Shown here one piece after another: positions 46,026 through 61,600 of a stretch of 64,000 nucleotides of DNA. The DNA is from Eledone cirrhosa (Eukaryota): assembly GCA_964016885.1 (NCBI GenBank), contig OZ024740.1, positions 140,368,001 through 140,432,000 on the forward strand, written 5' to 3'. The position numbers were made by a program, and so were the translations under genes. The notes under the pieces are model-generated. The model was not told the DNA's origin, ran no database searches, and saw nothing but the letters and a program-made list of their open reading frames with translations. Positions within the stretch are counted from its first letter, which is position 1; the number at the start of each line of letters is the position of its first letter.

Positions 46026-47862
46026 GGGGAAATAAGTTGATTGGAAGCATCTAGGAGGTCAGATTAATTAATAGCACAGGAAATAGCATAGGAAATAGCA
46101 TAGGAAATAGCATAGGAAATAGCACAGGAAATAGCACAGGAAATATACCGAAAATGATTAAGTCCCACAACATGTGAGTGGGGTGTAGATCTGCAAAACT
46201 CTTTCCCTCTTCTCTTTCTCCAAAGCTAGTTGTTTTTGACTGGTTTGGAAGTCATATTCACTGATAACGCATGAAAATAGAATCAAAGAGAAAATTCCGA
46301 GTAAGCAGGGGTTATCCGGGTGAAGGGGGAACCACCTCACCCCACCGTTTTCCTGGGAGGGGGAAAGTCAGTTTCAAGCATCTTGGAGATTGGATTAGTT
46401 GATAGCACATCTGATCATGTCTCGCCAGGCCTCGCTTCGCGAAGCCTCGCCAGGCCTCGCTTCGCGAAGCCTCGCAAAGTCTCGCCTCGCAAAGTCTCGC
46501 AAAGCCTCGTCTCTCCTCACCTCATTTCATCACATCACATTTCATCACACCACATCACATCACATTTCATCACATCACATCACATTTCATCACATCACAT
46601 CACATGCCATCACACCACATGGTACCACACTACATCCCACCACACTCCACTACACCATATCCCCCACCCTACATTGAACCACACTCCACTACACCACACC
46701 ACTGTCCACTACACTAAACCACACTCCACTAAACTACACCACATCACTGTCCACTACAATAAACCACACTACACTACACTAAACCACACTCCACTACACT
46801 ACACCACACCACTGTCCACTACACTAAACCACACTACACTACACCACACCACTGTCCACTACACTAAACCACACTACACTACTGTCCACTACACTAAACC
46901 ACACTCCACTACACTACACCACACTCCACTACACCACACCACACCACACCACACCACAGTCTATTCGACTGTTTTCTATTTCGTAGTATGTCCAGTTACA
47001 GTAAGAGAAAGAAAGTTATTTCAAAGGATCTGAGTAAGTAAACACTTCATTGACCATCATTTTAAGCAGAATCTCAGTGTAGTTTTAAATTGACCTTTTC
47101 ATATGATTACACCTCAGTCTTAACTTAATCATCTGTAGATGGATGCTACATGTAATGTTAAAATTAGTTAAACACTGTTTCCCCCTTCTCAACACATGTG
47201 GATGCTACATGTGTATTGTTAACATTAATCTAACGTTGTGTCCCCCCGTCCCACCTCACCATATCATACCACACCACATCACACCATGTTGTACCACATC
47301 AGACCACATAACACCATGCTATACCATATATATATATATATATATATGAGCTCCCCACTCGTTATATTAACTGTATCTCCTCGGTGTTTCGTGAAAGTCT
47401 GAGAGATCAGCTATATATTTGTTTACAATTTTTTTTTATATTTAGATGGAAAAGAAAAAAAAGACGACGAAGCAGATGACTAAAATGAAAATGACAACAA
47501 AGACAAAGAAGACACGGGAAACGAAGATGACGGAAAGAAGAAGAAAGTATGATCTCAATTCAGTCTAAATCTAATGATTTATAGATATGATCTTAGTTCA
47601 GTCTTAACCTAATGACCTGTAGATACGATCTATTTAGGTTTAACTTAAACATTCAAAGATATTTGTATATAATTTTGTTGATGTTTGACATTGTTTTTTA
47701 GTTATGAAATAGCTTATAAGCTACATTATAGGATCACAGTGCATGAGCACACTGCTCTTTAAATTAACTTTATCTCCTCAGCACTTTGTAAAGTCTGAGA
47801 GATAGGCAACATATATGTTTTACATTCTTTTTTTTTTTTTGGTATTTAGATTAGATGGCAGA

Positions 47863-48120
47863 GAAGTCAAAGGCACAGAAGAAGTCAAAGGCACAGAAGA
47901 AGTCAAAGGCACAGAAGAAGTCAAAGGCACAGAAGAAATCAAAGGCACAGAAGCAGTCAAAGGCACAGAAGCAGTCAAAGGCACAGAAGCAGTCAAAGGC
48001 ACAGAAGCAGTCAAAGGCACAGAAGCAGTCAAAGGCACAGAAGCAGTCAAAGGCACAGAAGCAGTCAAAGGCACAGAAGAAGACAAAGGCACAGAAGAAA
48101 ACAAAGGCACAGAAGAAGAC
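47863..48120 (+). repeat. 18-bp minisatellite (gaagtcaaaggcacagaa); 14 units here, 10 units at ~54756 and ~61541
   Basis: Counted from the KGTE repeats in the translated frames. Confidence 0.92.
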
Positions 48121-48479
48121 AAAGAAAATGAACAAGAAGAACAATTATTATTACTATTATTATTGTTATTATTATTTGTATTATTATAATCAAACTAAGC
48201 CACACTACATCAACCTATACCAAACCACAACACACTACATCAATCTATACAATACCACACCACACTGACAAACATTATACCATACCACATTATCCAACAC
48301 CACACTATGAAACACTGTACGACCTCACATCAGACCATTCTATGAAACAATATACCATACTACACTATACAACAATAGACAACACCACACAAGACTATGA
48401 AACACTATACTTTACCACACTATATCACACCACTCAAGTTAGAGAGGATCAACTTTTTTCCTGGAAAGTAGAAAACCTA

Positions 48480-51400
48480 ACTTTAAGCTAAAACCGAACT
48501 TTAAAAATAACACTTACCCTAAAACTTGCACTCACACATGCTCTAACAGTGAACTTAGCGCTAACATGAAAACTAACACAAACACAAAATCTGAAAACTA
48601 ACATTAAATAGAAAACTAACACAAACTAACCTGAACACTAAGACTAAAACTGAAACAAACACTAACCTAAACACCAGCACTAAAACTAACAATACCGTAA
48701 ACACTAATACAAACACTAACACTAACCTGAACACTTACACTAAAACTCACATTAGCACAAACATTAGCCTGAACACTAGCACTAAAACTACCACTACCAT
48801 AAACACTAACACTGACCTGAGCACTAACACTAAAAGTAACACTAACACAAACACTAATCTGAAAACTGATACTAACCAGAAAACTAAGCTAACATTAACT
48901 TCAACACTAAAACAAACACTAACACTAACAGAGATACTAACACAAATATTAACACAAAAACAAACACTAACACAATCTCTAACACTAACCTCAACACTCA
49001 CACTAAAACTAACATTAACTTGAACACTAACTCTAACCTGAAAACTAATCTAACATTAACCTGAACACTAACATAAACACTAATGCTAACACTAACAGAA
49101 ATACTAATGCTAACATTAACGCTAACCTTAACACAAAAACAAAGACTAACGCTAATACAATCACTAACACTAATGGAAACATCAAACACTAATGCTAACA
49201 GAGAGACTAACACAAATACTAACACTAACCTTAACACTAAAACTAACACTAACAGAGATACTAACACAAAAACAAACACTAACACAATCTCTAACACTAA
49301 AACTCACATTAACTTGAACACTAAAACTAACCTGAAAACTAAGCTAACATTAACCTGAACACTAACATAAACACTAATGCTAACACTAACAGAAATACTA
49401 ATGCTAACATTAACACAAAAACAAAGACTAACGCTAACACAATCACTAACACTAATGGAAACATCAATCACTAATGCTAACAGGGATACTAACACAAATA
49501 TTAGCACAAAAACAAACACTAACACAATCTCTAACACTAACCTTAACACTAAAACTAACATTAACACAAACATAACTTGAACACTAACACTAACCTGAAC
49601 ACTTACACGAAAAATAACATTAACCTAAACACTAGCACTAAAACTAACACTACCATAAACAGTAACACAAACACTAACACTGATCTGAGCACTAACAGTA
49701 ACACTAACACTACCATAAAAACTAACACTAACCTGAACACTAAAACAAACACGAAAACTGACACTAACCAGAAAACTAAGCTAACATTAACCTCAACACT
49801 AAAACAAACACTAACAGAGATACTAACACAAAAACAAAGACTAACACAATCTCTAACACTAAAACTAACATTAAATTGAACACTAACTCTAACCTGAAAA
49901 CTAAGCTAACATTAACCTGAACACTAACATAAACACTAATGCTAACACTAACAGAAATACTAATGCTAACATTAACGCTAACCTTAACACAAAAACAAAG
50001 ACTAATGCTAACACAATCACTAACACTAATGGAAACATCAAACACAAATGCTAACAGAGATACTAACACAAATATTAACACAAAAACAAATACTAACACT
50101 AACCTTAACACTAAAACTAACACTAACAGAGATACTAACACAAACATTAACACAAAAACAAACACTAACACAATCTCCAACACTAAAACTAACATTAACT
50201 TGAACACTAACACTAACACAAACACTCATGCTAACACTAACAGAAATACTAATGCTAACATTAACACAAAAACAAAGACTAACGCTAACACAATCACTAA
50301 CACTAATGGAAATAGAGATACTAACACAAATATTAACACAAAAACAAACACTAACACAATCTCTAACACTAACCTTAACACTAAAACTAACATTAACACA
50401 AACATAACTTTAACACTAACCTGAACACTTACACTAAAACTAACATTAATCTAAACACTAGCACTAAAACTAACACTACCATAAACAGTAACACTAACAC
50501 TGATCTGAGCACTAACAGTAACACTAACACTACCATAAAAACTAACACTAACATGAACACTAACACTAAAACAAACACGAAAACTGACACTAACCAGAAA
50601 ACTAAGCTGTAAACACTAACACTAACTTGAACACTAAAACTGACATTAACACGAACACGAACATTAACCTGAACACTACCACTAAAACTAACACTACCAT
50701 AAACCACTAACCTGAGCACTAACACTAAAAGTAACACGAGCCCTAACCTGAAAACTAACACTAACCAGAAAACTAAGTCAACATTAACCTGAACACTAAC
50801 ACAAACACTAACACTAACCTGAACACTAGCACTAACAAAAATGCTAACACTAATACAAAATCAAACACGAACACTAATGGAAACACTAACACTAACGCTG
50901 ACACTGACGAAGATGGCTATGCTGGCACAAACGCTAGCGCAAATGTTGACACAATCACTTACGCTGACACAAACACTAACGTGAATACTGATGCAGGTGC
51001 AAAGGCGAATGCTGACAAAGACTCTGACGCACACGCTAATGTAAATGCTACACACTCTAACGCTGACGTGGACACTGACACAAATGCTCACGCTGATGCA
51101 AATACTAAAGCAAATGCAGACACTAATGCAAACACAGATGCAGATGTTAAAGCAAACGCAAATGCTGATGCAAACGATGACAGCGATGCTAATGTGAACC
51201 TTAACGCAGACATAAACATTGACGTAGAAGCTAAAGGAAACACTGATGCAAACACTAATGAAAATGCTGATGCAGACGCTGACACAGACGCTAACACACG
51301 TTAACACAGATGCTAACGTAAACACTGACGCAGATGCTAATATAAACACTGACGCAGACGCTAACATAAACGCTGACACAGATGCTAACACACGTTAACA

Positions 51401-52690
51401 TAGACGCTAATGTAAACGCTGACACAGACACTAATGTAAGCGCTGACGTAGAAGCTAATGTAGATGCTGACGTAGAAGCTAACGTAAACGATGACGTAGA
51501 TGCTGACGTAGAAGCTGACGTAGATGCTGATGTAGAAGCTAACAAAACGCTGACGTAGTTGTTACGTAGAAGCAGGCGTAGAAGTTAGCGTTTACCCTTA
51601 CCGCCGAAGCTGATCTCCAAAACGCAATTGCTGATGCGGATTGCTGAAGCCAAAGCCAAGCTAACGCTGACGCAAATGTTGAGGCAGTTTTGCCGGCGCT
51701 GACGTGTATGCTGACGCTAACGCAAATGCTGATGCGGACGCTAGGGCTAAGGCTAACGCTAACGCTGATGCAAATACTGAAGTTAACACTTACATGGGAT
51801 ATGCAGACGCTGCAATGATGCGGACGCCACAGGAAAGGTTAATGGAAACGCTAATGCTAACGGAAAACGCTGACGCAGACGTTACGGAAACGCTGACGTA
51901 GAAGCTAATGTAAACGCTGACACAGACACTAACGTAAACGCTGACACAGACGCTAACGTAAACACTGACGTTAACTGAAACGCTGACGCTGATGTAAATA
52001 CAGACGCTGACACAGACACGGTCGGAAACGCTGACGTAGAAGCTAACGGAAACACTGACATAGATGCTAACGGAAACGCTGACGTAGAAGCTAGAGTACA
52101 CACTGACACAGACGCTAACGGAAATGCTGACAAAGACGTTAAAGGAAACGCTGTCGCTAACGCTAATGTGAATGCTGATGCAAATGCTGACGCAAATGCT
52201 AACCCCCACACAAATGCAAACGCTGATGCTAACACTGACTCAAACACTAATGCAAATGCTGACGTGCACGCTGATGCAAACCTGACACTGACGCAAGTGC
52301 TGATGCAGACGCTAATGATAATGCTGACTCAGAAGCTGATGTAGACACAGGCACTGAAACAAACACTAATGCTAACACTAATGTTGACTCAGACGCTAAG
52401 GGAAATGCTGACACAATCACTATCACCAATGCAGACGCTGACGCAAATGCTGACATAGATGCTGACACTTACGTAAACACTAACGCAGATGCTAACACCA
52501 GTCTACATAGACACCAACACAAAAGCTTATGCAAATGCTAACGCTGATGCAGACAGTAACGCAAACAGTAACGCAAACAGTAACTGTAAGAGTAACAGTA
52601 ACACTAACAGTGACAGTAATGCTAACAGTAACACCGTCACTAACAATAAACTTACCCTAACACTAACCCTAAATCTAACATTAACCCAGA
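48480..52690 (+). repeat. Degenerate hexamer satellite (AACACT grading into AACGCT/GACGCT/GATGCT); repeated at ~55300-59475 and ~62085-64000
   Basis: 6-bp periodicity, with internal ~290-bp higher-order duplications. Confidence 0.92.
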
Positions 52691-55600
52691 GAAAAAAGTC
52701 ATTTGCAATCACATTTAAGGTCACTCTTTTAGATATAGAAGATAGGCATTACATTTTAATGATTTTAATTTAAAGAGAATCACGCTATATGATGCAACAC
52801 AATAACACACCACACCACACTAACCTACACTACACCAAACGAGATTATACCATATCTTGGTAAATTTATGATAGGTTTCCATGTTATAACTACACCAAAC
52901 TAAACCATACCAAACTACACCAAACCAAACCATACCAAGTTACACCATACTACATCACACCAAGCTATTGATCTTGGTGTGAAACATTTTCTTCCCGTTT
53001 CCTTTTTTTTTTTGTGTGTGTGTGTGCTTACCACCCAATCTGACATTCAAGGTGCTCCCAATTGACTATTTTTTTTCCACTTATCAATAATTATGACATG
53101 GAAACCTGTCGAAAATGACTATCTTTGTAGAAACTTCACCAAACCACACCATACTACATCACACCAAGCTATTGATTTTGGTGTGACAAATTTTCATCCG
53201 GCATTTTTTTTTTTTTTTTTTGTGCTTACCACACAATTTTACATAAATGGAGCTCGCAAATTACTATTTTATGCACATATTATCAATGGTTATGACATGA
53301 AAACCTGATGAAAATGACTAGCTTTGTAGAAAAAAGAGGGAGGATGTGGGTGGAAATACCATTTACAAAGCTAGTCATTTTTTATTGCAGCGGAAGTCAT
53401 ATTTTTTGTTAATATGCTAAAAGCATAGTCCACTGCGAGCATCTTGGAAGTTGATAGCACATTTCATCACATCACATTTCATCACACCACATCACATTTC
53501 ATCACACCACATTACATTTCACCACACCACAGCACATTTCATCACATCACATCACATCACATGCCATCACACCACATGCTACCACACTACATCCCACCAC
53601 ACTCCACTACACCATATCCCCCACCCTACATTGAACCACACTCCACTACACCACACCACTGTCCACTACACTAAACCACACTACACTACACTACACCACT
53701 GTCCACTACACTAAACCACACTACACCACACTACACTACACACCACCACACTACACCACACCACTGTCCACTACACTACACCACACCACTGTCCACTACA
53801 CTACACCACACTCCACCACACCACACCACACTACACTACACCACACCACACCACTGTCTATTCGACTGTTTTCTATTTCGTAGTATGTCCAGTTACAGTA
53901 AGAGAAAGAAAGTTATTTCAAAGGATCTGAGTAAGTAAACACTTCATTGACCATCATTTTAAGCAGAATCTCAGTGTAGTTTTAAATTGACCTTTTCATA
54001 TGATTACACCTCAGTCTTAACTTAATCACCTGTAGATGGATGCTACATGTAATGTTAAAATTAGTTAAACACTGTTTCCCCCTTCTCATCACATGTGGAT
54101 GCTACATGTGTATTGTTAACATTAATCTAACGTTGTGTCCCCCCGTCCCACCTCACCATATCATACCACACCACATCACACCATGTTGTACCACATCAGA
54201 CCACATAACACCATGCTATACCATATATATATATATATATATATGAGCTCCCCACTCGTTATATTAACTGTATCTCCTCGGTGTTTCGTGAAAGTCTGAG
54301 AGATCAGCTATATATTTGTTTACAATTTTTTTTTATATTTAGATGGAAAAGAAGAAAAAGACGACGAAGCAGACGACTAAAATGAAAATGACAACAAAGA
54401 CAAAGAAGACACGGGAAACGAAGATGACGAAAAGAAGAAAGTATGATCTCAAATCAGTCTAAATCTAATGATTTATAGATATGATCTTAGTTCAATCTTA
54501 ACCTAATGACCTGTAGATACGATCTATTTAGGTTTAACTTAAACATTCAAAGATATTTGTATATAATTTTGTTGATGTTTGACATTGTTTTTTAGTTATG
54601 AAATAGCTTATAAGCTACATTATAGGATCACAGTGCATGAGCACACTGCTCTTTAAATTAACTTTATCTCCTCAGCACTTTGTAAAGTCTGAGAGATAGG
54701 CAACATATATGTTTTACATTCTTTTTTTTTTTTGGTATTTAGATTAGATGGCAGAGAAGTCAAAGGCACAGAAGAAGTCAAAGGCACAGAAGCAGTCAAA
54801 GGCACAGAAGCAGTCAAAGGCACAGAAGCAGTCAAAGGCACAGAAGAAATCAAAGGCACAGAAGCAGTCAAAGGCACAGAAGCAGTCAAAGGCACAGAAG
54901 CAGTCAAAGGCACAGAAGAAAACAAAGACACAGAAGAAGACAAAGAAAATGAACAAGAAGAACAATTATTATTACTATTATTATTGTTATTATTATTTGT
55001 ATTATTATAATCAAACTAAGCCACACTACATCAACCTATACCAAACCACAACACACTACATCAATCTATACCATACCACACCACACTGACAAACATTATA
55101 CCATACCACATTATCCAACACCACACTATGAAACACTGTACGACCTCACATCAGACCATTCTATGAAACAATATACCATACTACACTATACAACAATAGA
55201 CAACACCACACAAGACTATGAAACACTATACTTTACCACACTATATCACACCACTCAAGTTAGAGAGGATCAACTTTTTTCCTGGAAAGTAGAAAACCTA
55301 ACTTTAAGCTAAAACCGAACTTTAAAAATAACACTTACCCTAACACTTGCACTCACACATGCTCTAACAGTGAACTTAGCGCTAACATGAAAACTAACAC
55401 AAACTAACCTGAACACTAAGACTAAAACTGAAACTAACACTAACCTAAACAGCAGCACTAAAACTAACAATACCGTAAACACTAATACAAACACTAACAC
55501 TAACCTGAACACTTACACTAAAACTCACATTAGCACAAACATTAGCCTGAACACTAGCACTAAAACTAACACTACCATAAACACTAACATTGACCTGAGC

Positions 55601-58600
55601 ACTAACACTAACACTAAAAGTAACACTAACACAAACACTAATCTGAAAACTGATACTAACCAGAAAACTAAAGCTAACATTAACTTCAACACTAAAACAA
55701 ACACTAACACTAACAGAGATACTAACACAAATATTAACACAAAAACAAACACTAACACAATCTCTAACACTAACCTCAACACTAACACTAAAACTAACAT
55801 TAACTTGAACACTAACTCTAACCTGAAAACTAATCTAACATTAACCTGAACACTAACATAAACACTAATGCTAACACTAACAGAAATACTAATGCTAACA
55901 TTAACGCTAACCTTAACACAAAAACAAAGACTAACGCTAATACAATCACTAACACTAATGGAAACATCAAACACTAATGCTAACAGAGAGACTAACACAA
56001 ATACTAACACTAACCTTAACACTAAAACTAACACTAACAGAGATACTAACACAAAAACAAACACTAACACAATCTCTAACACTAAAACTCACATTAACTT
56101 GAACACTAAAACTAACCTGAAAACTAAGCTAACATTAACCTGAACACTAACATAAACACTAATGCTAACACTAACAGAAATACTAATGCTAACATTAACA
56201 CAAAAACAAAGACTAACGCTAACACAATCACTAACACTAATGGAAACATCAATCACTAATGCTAACAGGGATACTAACACAAATATTAGCACAAAAACAA
56301 ACACTAACACAATCTCTAACACTAACCTTAACACTAAAACTAACATTAACACAAACATAACTTGAACACTAACACTAACCTGAACACTTACACGAAAAAT
56401 AACATTAACCTAAACACTAGCACTAAAACTAACACTACCATAAACAGTAACACAAACACTAACACTGATCTGAGCACTAACAGTAACACTAACACTACCA
56501 TAAAAACTAACACTAACCTGAACACTAAAACAAACACGAAAACTGACACTAACCAGAAAACTAAGCTAACATTAACCTCAACACTAAAACAAACACTAAC
56601 AGAGATACTAACACAAAAACAAAGACTAACACAATCTCTAACACTAAAACTAACATTAAATTGAACACTAACTCTAACCTGAAAACTAAGCTAACATTAA
56701 CCTGAACACTAACATAAACACTAATGCTAACACTAACAGAAATACTAATGCTAACATTAACGCTAACCTTAACACAAAAACAAAGACTAATGCTAACACA
56801 ATCACTAACACTAATGGAAACATCAAACACAAATGCTAACAGAGATACTAACACAAATATTAACACAAAAACAAATACTAACACTAACCTTAACACTAAA
56901 ACTAACACTAACAGAGATACTAACACAAACATTAACACAAAAACAAACACTAACACAATCTCCAACACTAAAACTAACATTAACTTGAACACTAACACTA
57001 ACACAAACACTCATGCTAACACTAACAGAAATACTAATGCTAACATTAACACAAAAACAAAGACTAACGCTAACACAATCACTAACACTAATGGAAATAG
57101 AGATACTAACACAAATATTAACACAAAAACAAACACTAACACAATCTCTAACACTAACCTTAACACTAAAACTAACATTAACACAAACATAACTTTAACA
57201 CTAACCTGAACACTTACACTAAAACTAACATTAATCTAAACACTAGCACTAAAACTAACACTACCATAAACAGTAACACTAACACTGATCTGAGCACTAA
57301 CAGTAACACTAACACTACCATAAAAACTAACACTAACATGAACACTAACACTAAAACAAACACGAAAACTGACACTAACCAGAAAACTAAGCTGTAAACA
57401 CTAACACTAACTTGAACACTAAAACTGACATTAACACGAACACGAACATTAACCTGAACACTACCACTAAAACTAACACTACCATAAACCACTAACCTGA
57501 GCACTAACACTAAAAGTAACACGAGCCCTAACCTGAAAACTAACACTAACCAGAAAACTAAGTCAACATTAACCTGAACACTAACACAAACACTAACACT
57601 AACCTGAACACTAGCACTAACAAAAATGCTAACACTAATACAAAATCAAACACGAACACTAATGGAAACACTAACACTAACGCTGACACTGACGAAGATG
57701 GCTATGCTGGCACAAACGCTAGCGCAAATGTTGACACAATCACTTACGCTGACACAAACACTAACGTGAATACTGATGCAGGTGCAAAGGCGAATGCTGA
57801 CAAAGACTCTGACGCACACGCTAATGTAAATGCTACACACTCTAACGCTGACGTGGACACTGACACAAATGCTCACGCTGATGCAAATACTAAAGCAAAT
57901 GCAGACACTAATGCAAACACAGATGCAGATGTTAAAGCAAACGCAAATGCTGATGCAAACGATGACAGCGATGCTAATGTGAACCTTAACGCAGACATAA
58001 ACATTGACGTAGAAGCTAAAGGAAACACTGATGCAAACACTAATGAAAATGCTGATGCAGACGCTGACACAGACGCTAACACACGTTAACACAGATGCTA
58101 ACGTAAACACTGACGCAGATGCTAATATAAACACTGACGCAGACGCTAACATAAACGCTGACACAGATGCTAACACACGTTAACATAGACGCTAATGTAA
58201 ACGCTGACACAGACACTAATGTAAGCGCTGACGTAGAAGCTAATGTAGATGCTGACGTAGAAGCTAACGTAAACGATGACGTAGATGCTGACGTAGAAGC
58301 TGACGTAGATGCTGATGTAGAAGCTAACAAAACGCTGACGTAGTTGTTACGTAGAAGCAGGCGTAGAAGTTAGCGTTTACCCTTACCGCCGAAGCTGATC
58401 TCCAAAACGCAATTGCTGATGCGGATTGCTGAAGCCAAAGCCAAGCTAACGCTGACGCAAATGTTGAGGCAGTTTTGCCGGCGCTGACGTGTATGCTGAC
58501 GCTAACGCAAATGCTGATGCGGACGCTAGGGCTAAGGCTAACGCTAACGCTGATGCAAATACTGAAGTTAACACTTACATGGGATATGCAGACGCTGCAA

Positions 58601-61600
58601 TGATGCGGACGCCACAGGAAAGGTTAATGGAAACGCTAATGCTAACGGAAAACGCTGACGCAGACGTTACGGAAACGCTGACGTAGAAGCTAATGTAAAC
58701 GCTGACACAGACACTAACGTAAACGCTGACACAGACGCTAACGTAAACACTGACGTTAACTGAAACGCTGACGCTGATGTAAATACAGACGCTGACACAG
58801 ACACGGTCGGAAACGCTGACGTAGAAGCTAACGGAAACACTGACATAGATGCTAACGGAAACGCTGACGTAGAAGCTAGAGTACACACTGACACAGACGC
58901 TAACGGAAATGCTGACAAAGACGTTAAAGGAAACGCTGTCGCTAACGCTAATGTGAATGCTGATGCAAATGCTGACGCAAATGCTAACCCCCACACAAAT
59001 GCAAACGCTGATGCTAACACTGACTCAAACACTAATGCAAATGCTGACGTGCACGCTGATGCAAACCTGACACTGACGCAAGTGCTGATGCAGACGCTAA
59101 TGATAATGCTGACTCAGAAGCTGATGTAGACACAGGCACTGAAACAAACACTAATGCTAACACTAATGTTGACTCAGACGCTAAGGGAAATGCTGACACA
59201 ATCACTATCACCAATGCAGACGCTGACGCAAATGCTGACATAGATGCTGACACTTACGTAAACACTAACGCAGATGCTAACACCAGTCTACATAGACACC
59301 AACACAAAAGCTTATGCAAATGCTAACGCTGATGCAGACAGTAACGCAAACAGTAACGCAAACAGTAACTGTAAGAGTAACAGTAACACTAACAGTGACA
59401 GTAATGCTAACAGTAACACCGTCACTAACAATAAACTTACCCTAACACTAACCCTAAATCTAACATTAACCCAGAGAAAAAAGTCATTTGCAATCACATT
59501 TAAGGTCACTCTTTTAGATATAGAAGATAGGCATTACATTTTAATGATTTTAATTTAAAGAGAATCACGCTATATGATGCAACACAATAACACACCACAC
59601 CACACTAACCTACACTACACCAAACGAGATTATACCATATCTTGGTAAATTTATGATAGGTTTCCATGTTATAACTACACCAAACTAAACCATACCAAAC
59701 TACACCAAACCAAACCATACCAAGTTACACCATACTACATCACACCAAGCTATTGATCTTGGTGTGAAACATTTTCTTCCCGTTTCCTTTTTTTTTTTGT
59801 GTGTGTGTGTGCTTACCACCCAATCTGACATTCAAGGTGCTCCCAATTGACTATTTTTTTTCCACTTATCAATAATTATGACATGGAAACCTGTCGAAAA
59901 TGACTATCTTTGTAGAAACTTCACCAAACCACACCATACTACATCACACCAAGCTATTGATTTTGGTGTGACAAATTTTCATCCGGCATTTTTTTTTTTT
60001 TTTTTTGTGCTTACCACACAATTTTACATAAATGGAGCTCGCAAATTACTATTTTATGCACATATTATCAATGGTTATGACATGAAAACCTGATGAAAAT
60101 GACTAGCTTTGTAGAAAAAAGAGGGAGGATGTGGGTGGAAATACCATTTACAAAGCTAGTCATTTTTTATTGCAGCGGAAGTCATATTTTTTGTTAATAT
60201 GCTAAAAGCATAGTCCACTGCGAGCATCTTGGAAGTTGATAGCACATTTCATCACATCACATTTCATCACACCACATCACATTTCATCACACCACATTAC
60301 ATTTCACCACACCACAGCACATTTCATCACATCACATCACATCACATGCCATCACACCACATGCTACCACACTACATCCCACCACACTCCACTACACCAT
60401 ATCCCCCACCCTACATTGAACCACACTCCACTACACCACACCACTGTCCACTACACTAAACCACACTACACTACACTACACCACTGTCCACTACACTAAA
60501 CCACACTACACCACACTACACTACACACCACCACACTACACCACACCACTGTCCACTACACTACACCACACCACTGTCCACTACACTACACCACACTCCA
60601 CCACACCACACCACACTACACTACACCACACCACACCACTGTCTATTCGACTGTTTTCTATTTCGTAGTATGTCCAGTTACAGTAAGAGAAAGAAAGTTA
60701 TTTCAAAGGATCTGAGTAAGTAAACACTTCATTGACCATCATTTTAAGCAGAATCTCAGTGTAGTTTTAAATTGACCTTTTCATATGATTACACCTCAGT
60801 CTTAACTTAATCACCTGTAGATGGATGCTACATGTAATGTTAAAATTAGTTAAACACTGTTTCCCCCTTCTCATCACATGTGGATGCTACATGTGTATTG
60901 TTAACATTAATCTAACGTTGTGTCCCCCCGTCCCACCTCACCATATCATACCACACCACATCACACCATGTTGTACCACATCAGACCACATAACACCATG
61001 CTATACCATATATATATATATATATATATGAGCTCCCCACTCGTTATATTAACTGTATCTCCTCGGTGTTTCGTGAAAGTCTGAGAGATCAGCTATATAT
61101 TTGTTTACAATTTTTTTTTATATTTAGATGGAAAAGAAGAAAAAGACGACGAAGCAGACGACTAAAATGAAAATGACAACAAAGACAAAGAAGACACGGG
61201 AAACGAAGATGACGAAAAGAAGAAAGTATGATCTCAAATCAGTCTAAATCTAATGATTTATAGATATGATCTTAGTTCAATCTTAACCTAATGACCTGTA
61301 GATACGATCTATTTAGGTTTAACTTAAACATTCAAAGATATTTGTATATAATTTTGTTGATGTTTGACATTGTTTTTTAGTTATGAAATAGCTTATAAGC
61401 TACATTATAGGATCACAGTGCATGAGCACACTGCTCTTTAAATTAACTTTATCTCCTCAGCACTTTGTAAAGTCTGAGAGATAGGCAACATATATGTTTT
61501 ACATTCTTTTTTTTTTTTGGTATTTAGATTAGATGGCAGAGAAGTCAAAGGCACAGAAGAAGTCAAAGGCACAGAAGCAGTCAAAGGCACAGAAGCAGTC

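Noticed and set aside
47855-48268. [10 protein letters not shown]... as a protamine-like or histone H1-like gene
   Set aside because: It is an alternative frame of the 18-bp VNTR that runs into a microsatellite. The splice phase favours the acidic frame, though this cannot be fully excluded.
48700-52780. TN/LT/AD-rich ORFs as ice-binding or beta-solenoid proteins
   Set aside because: The ORFs are short, overlap on both strands and are repeatedly frameshifted, so they are by-products of the hexamer satellite.
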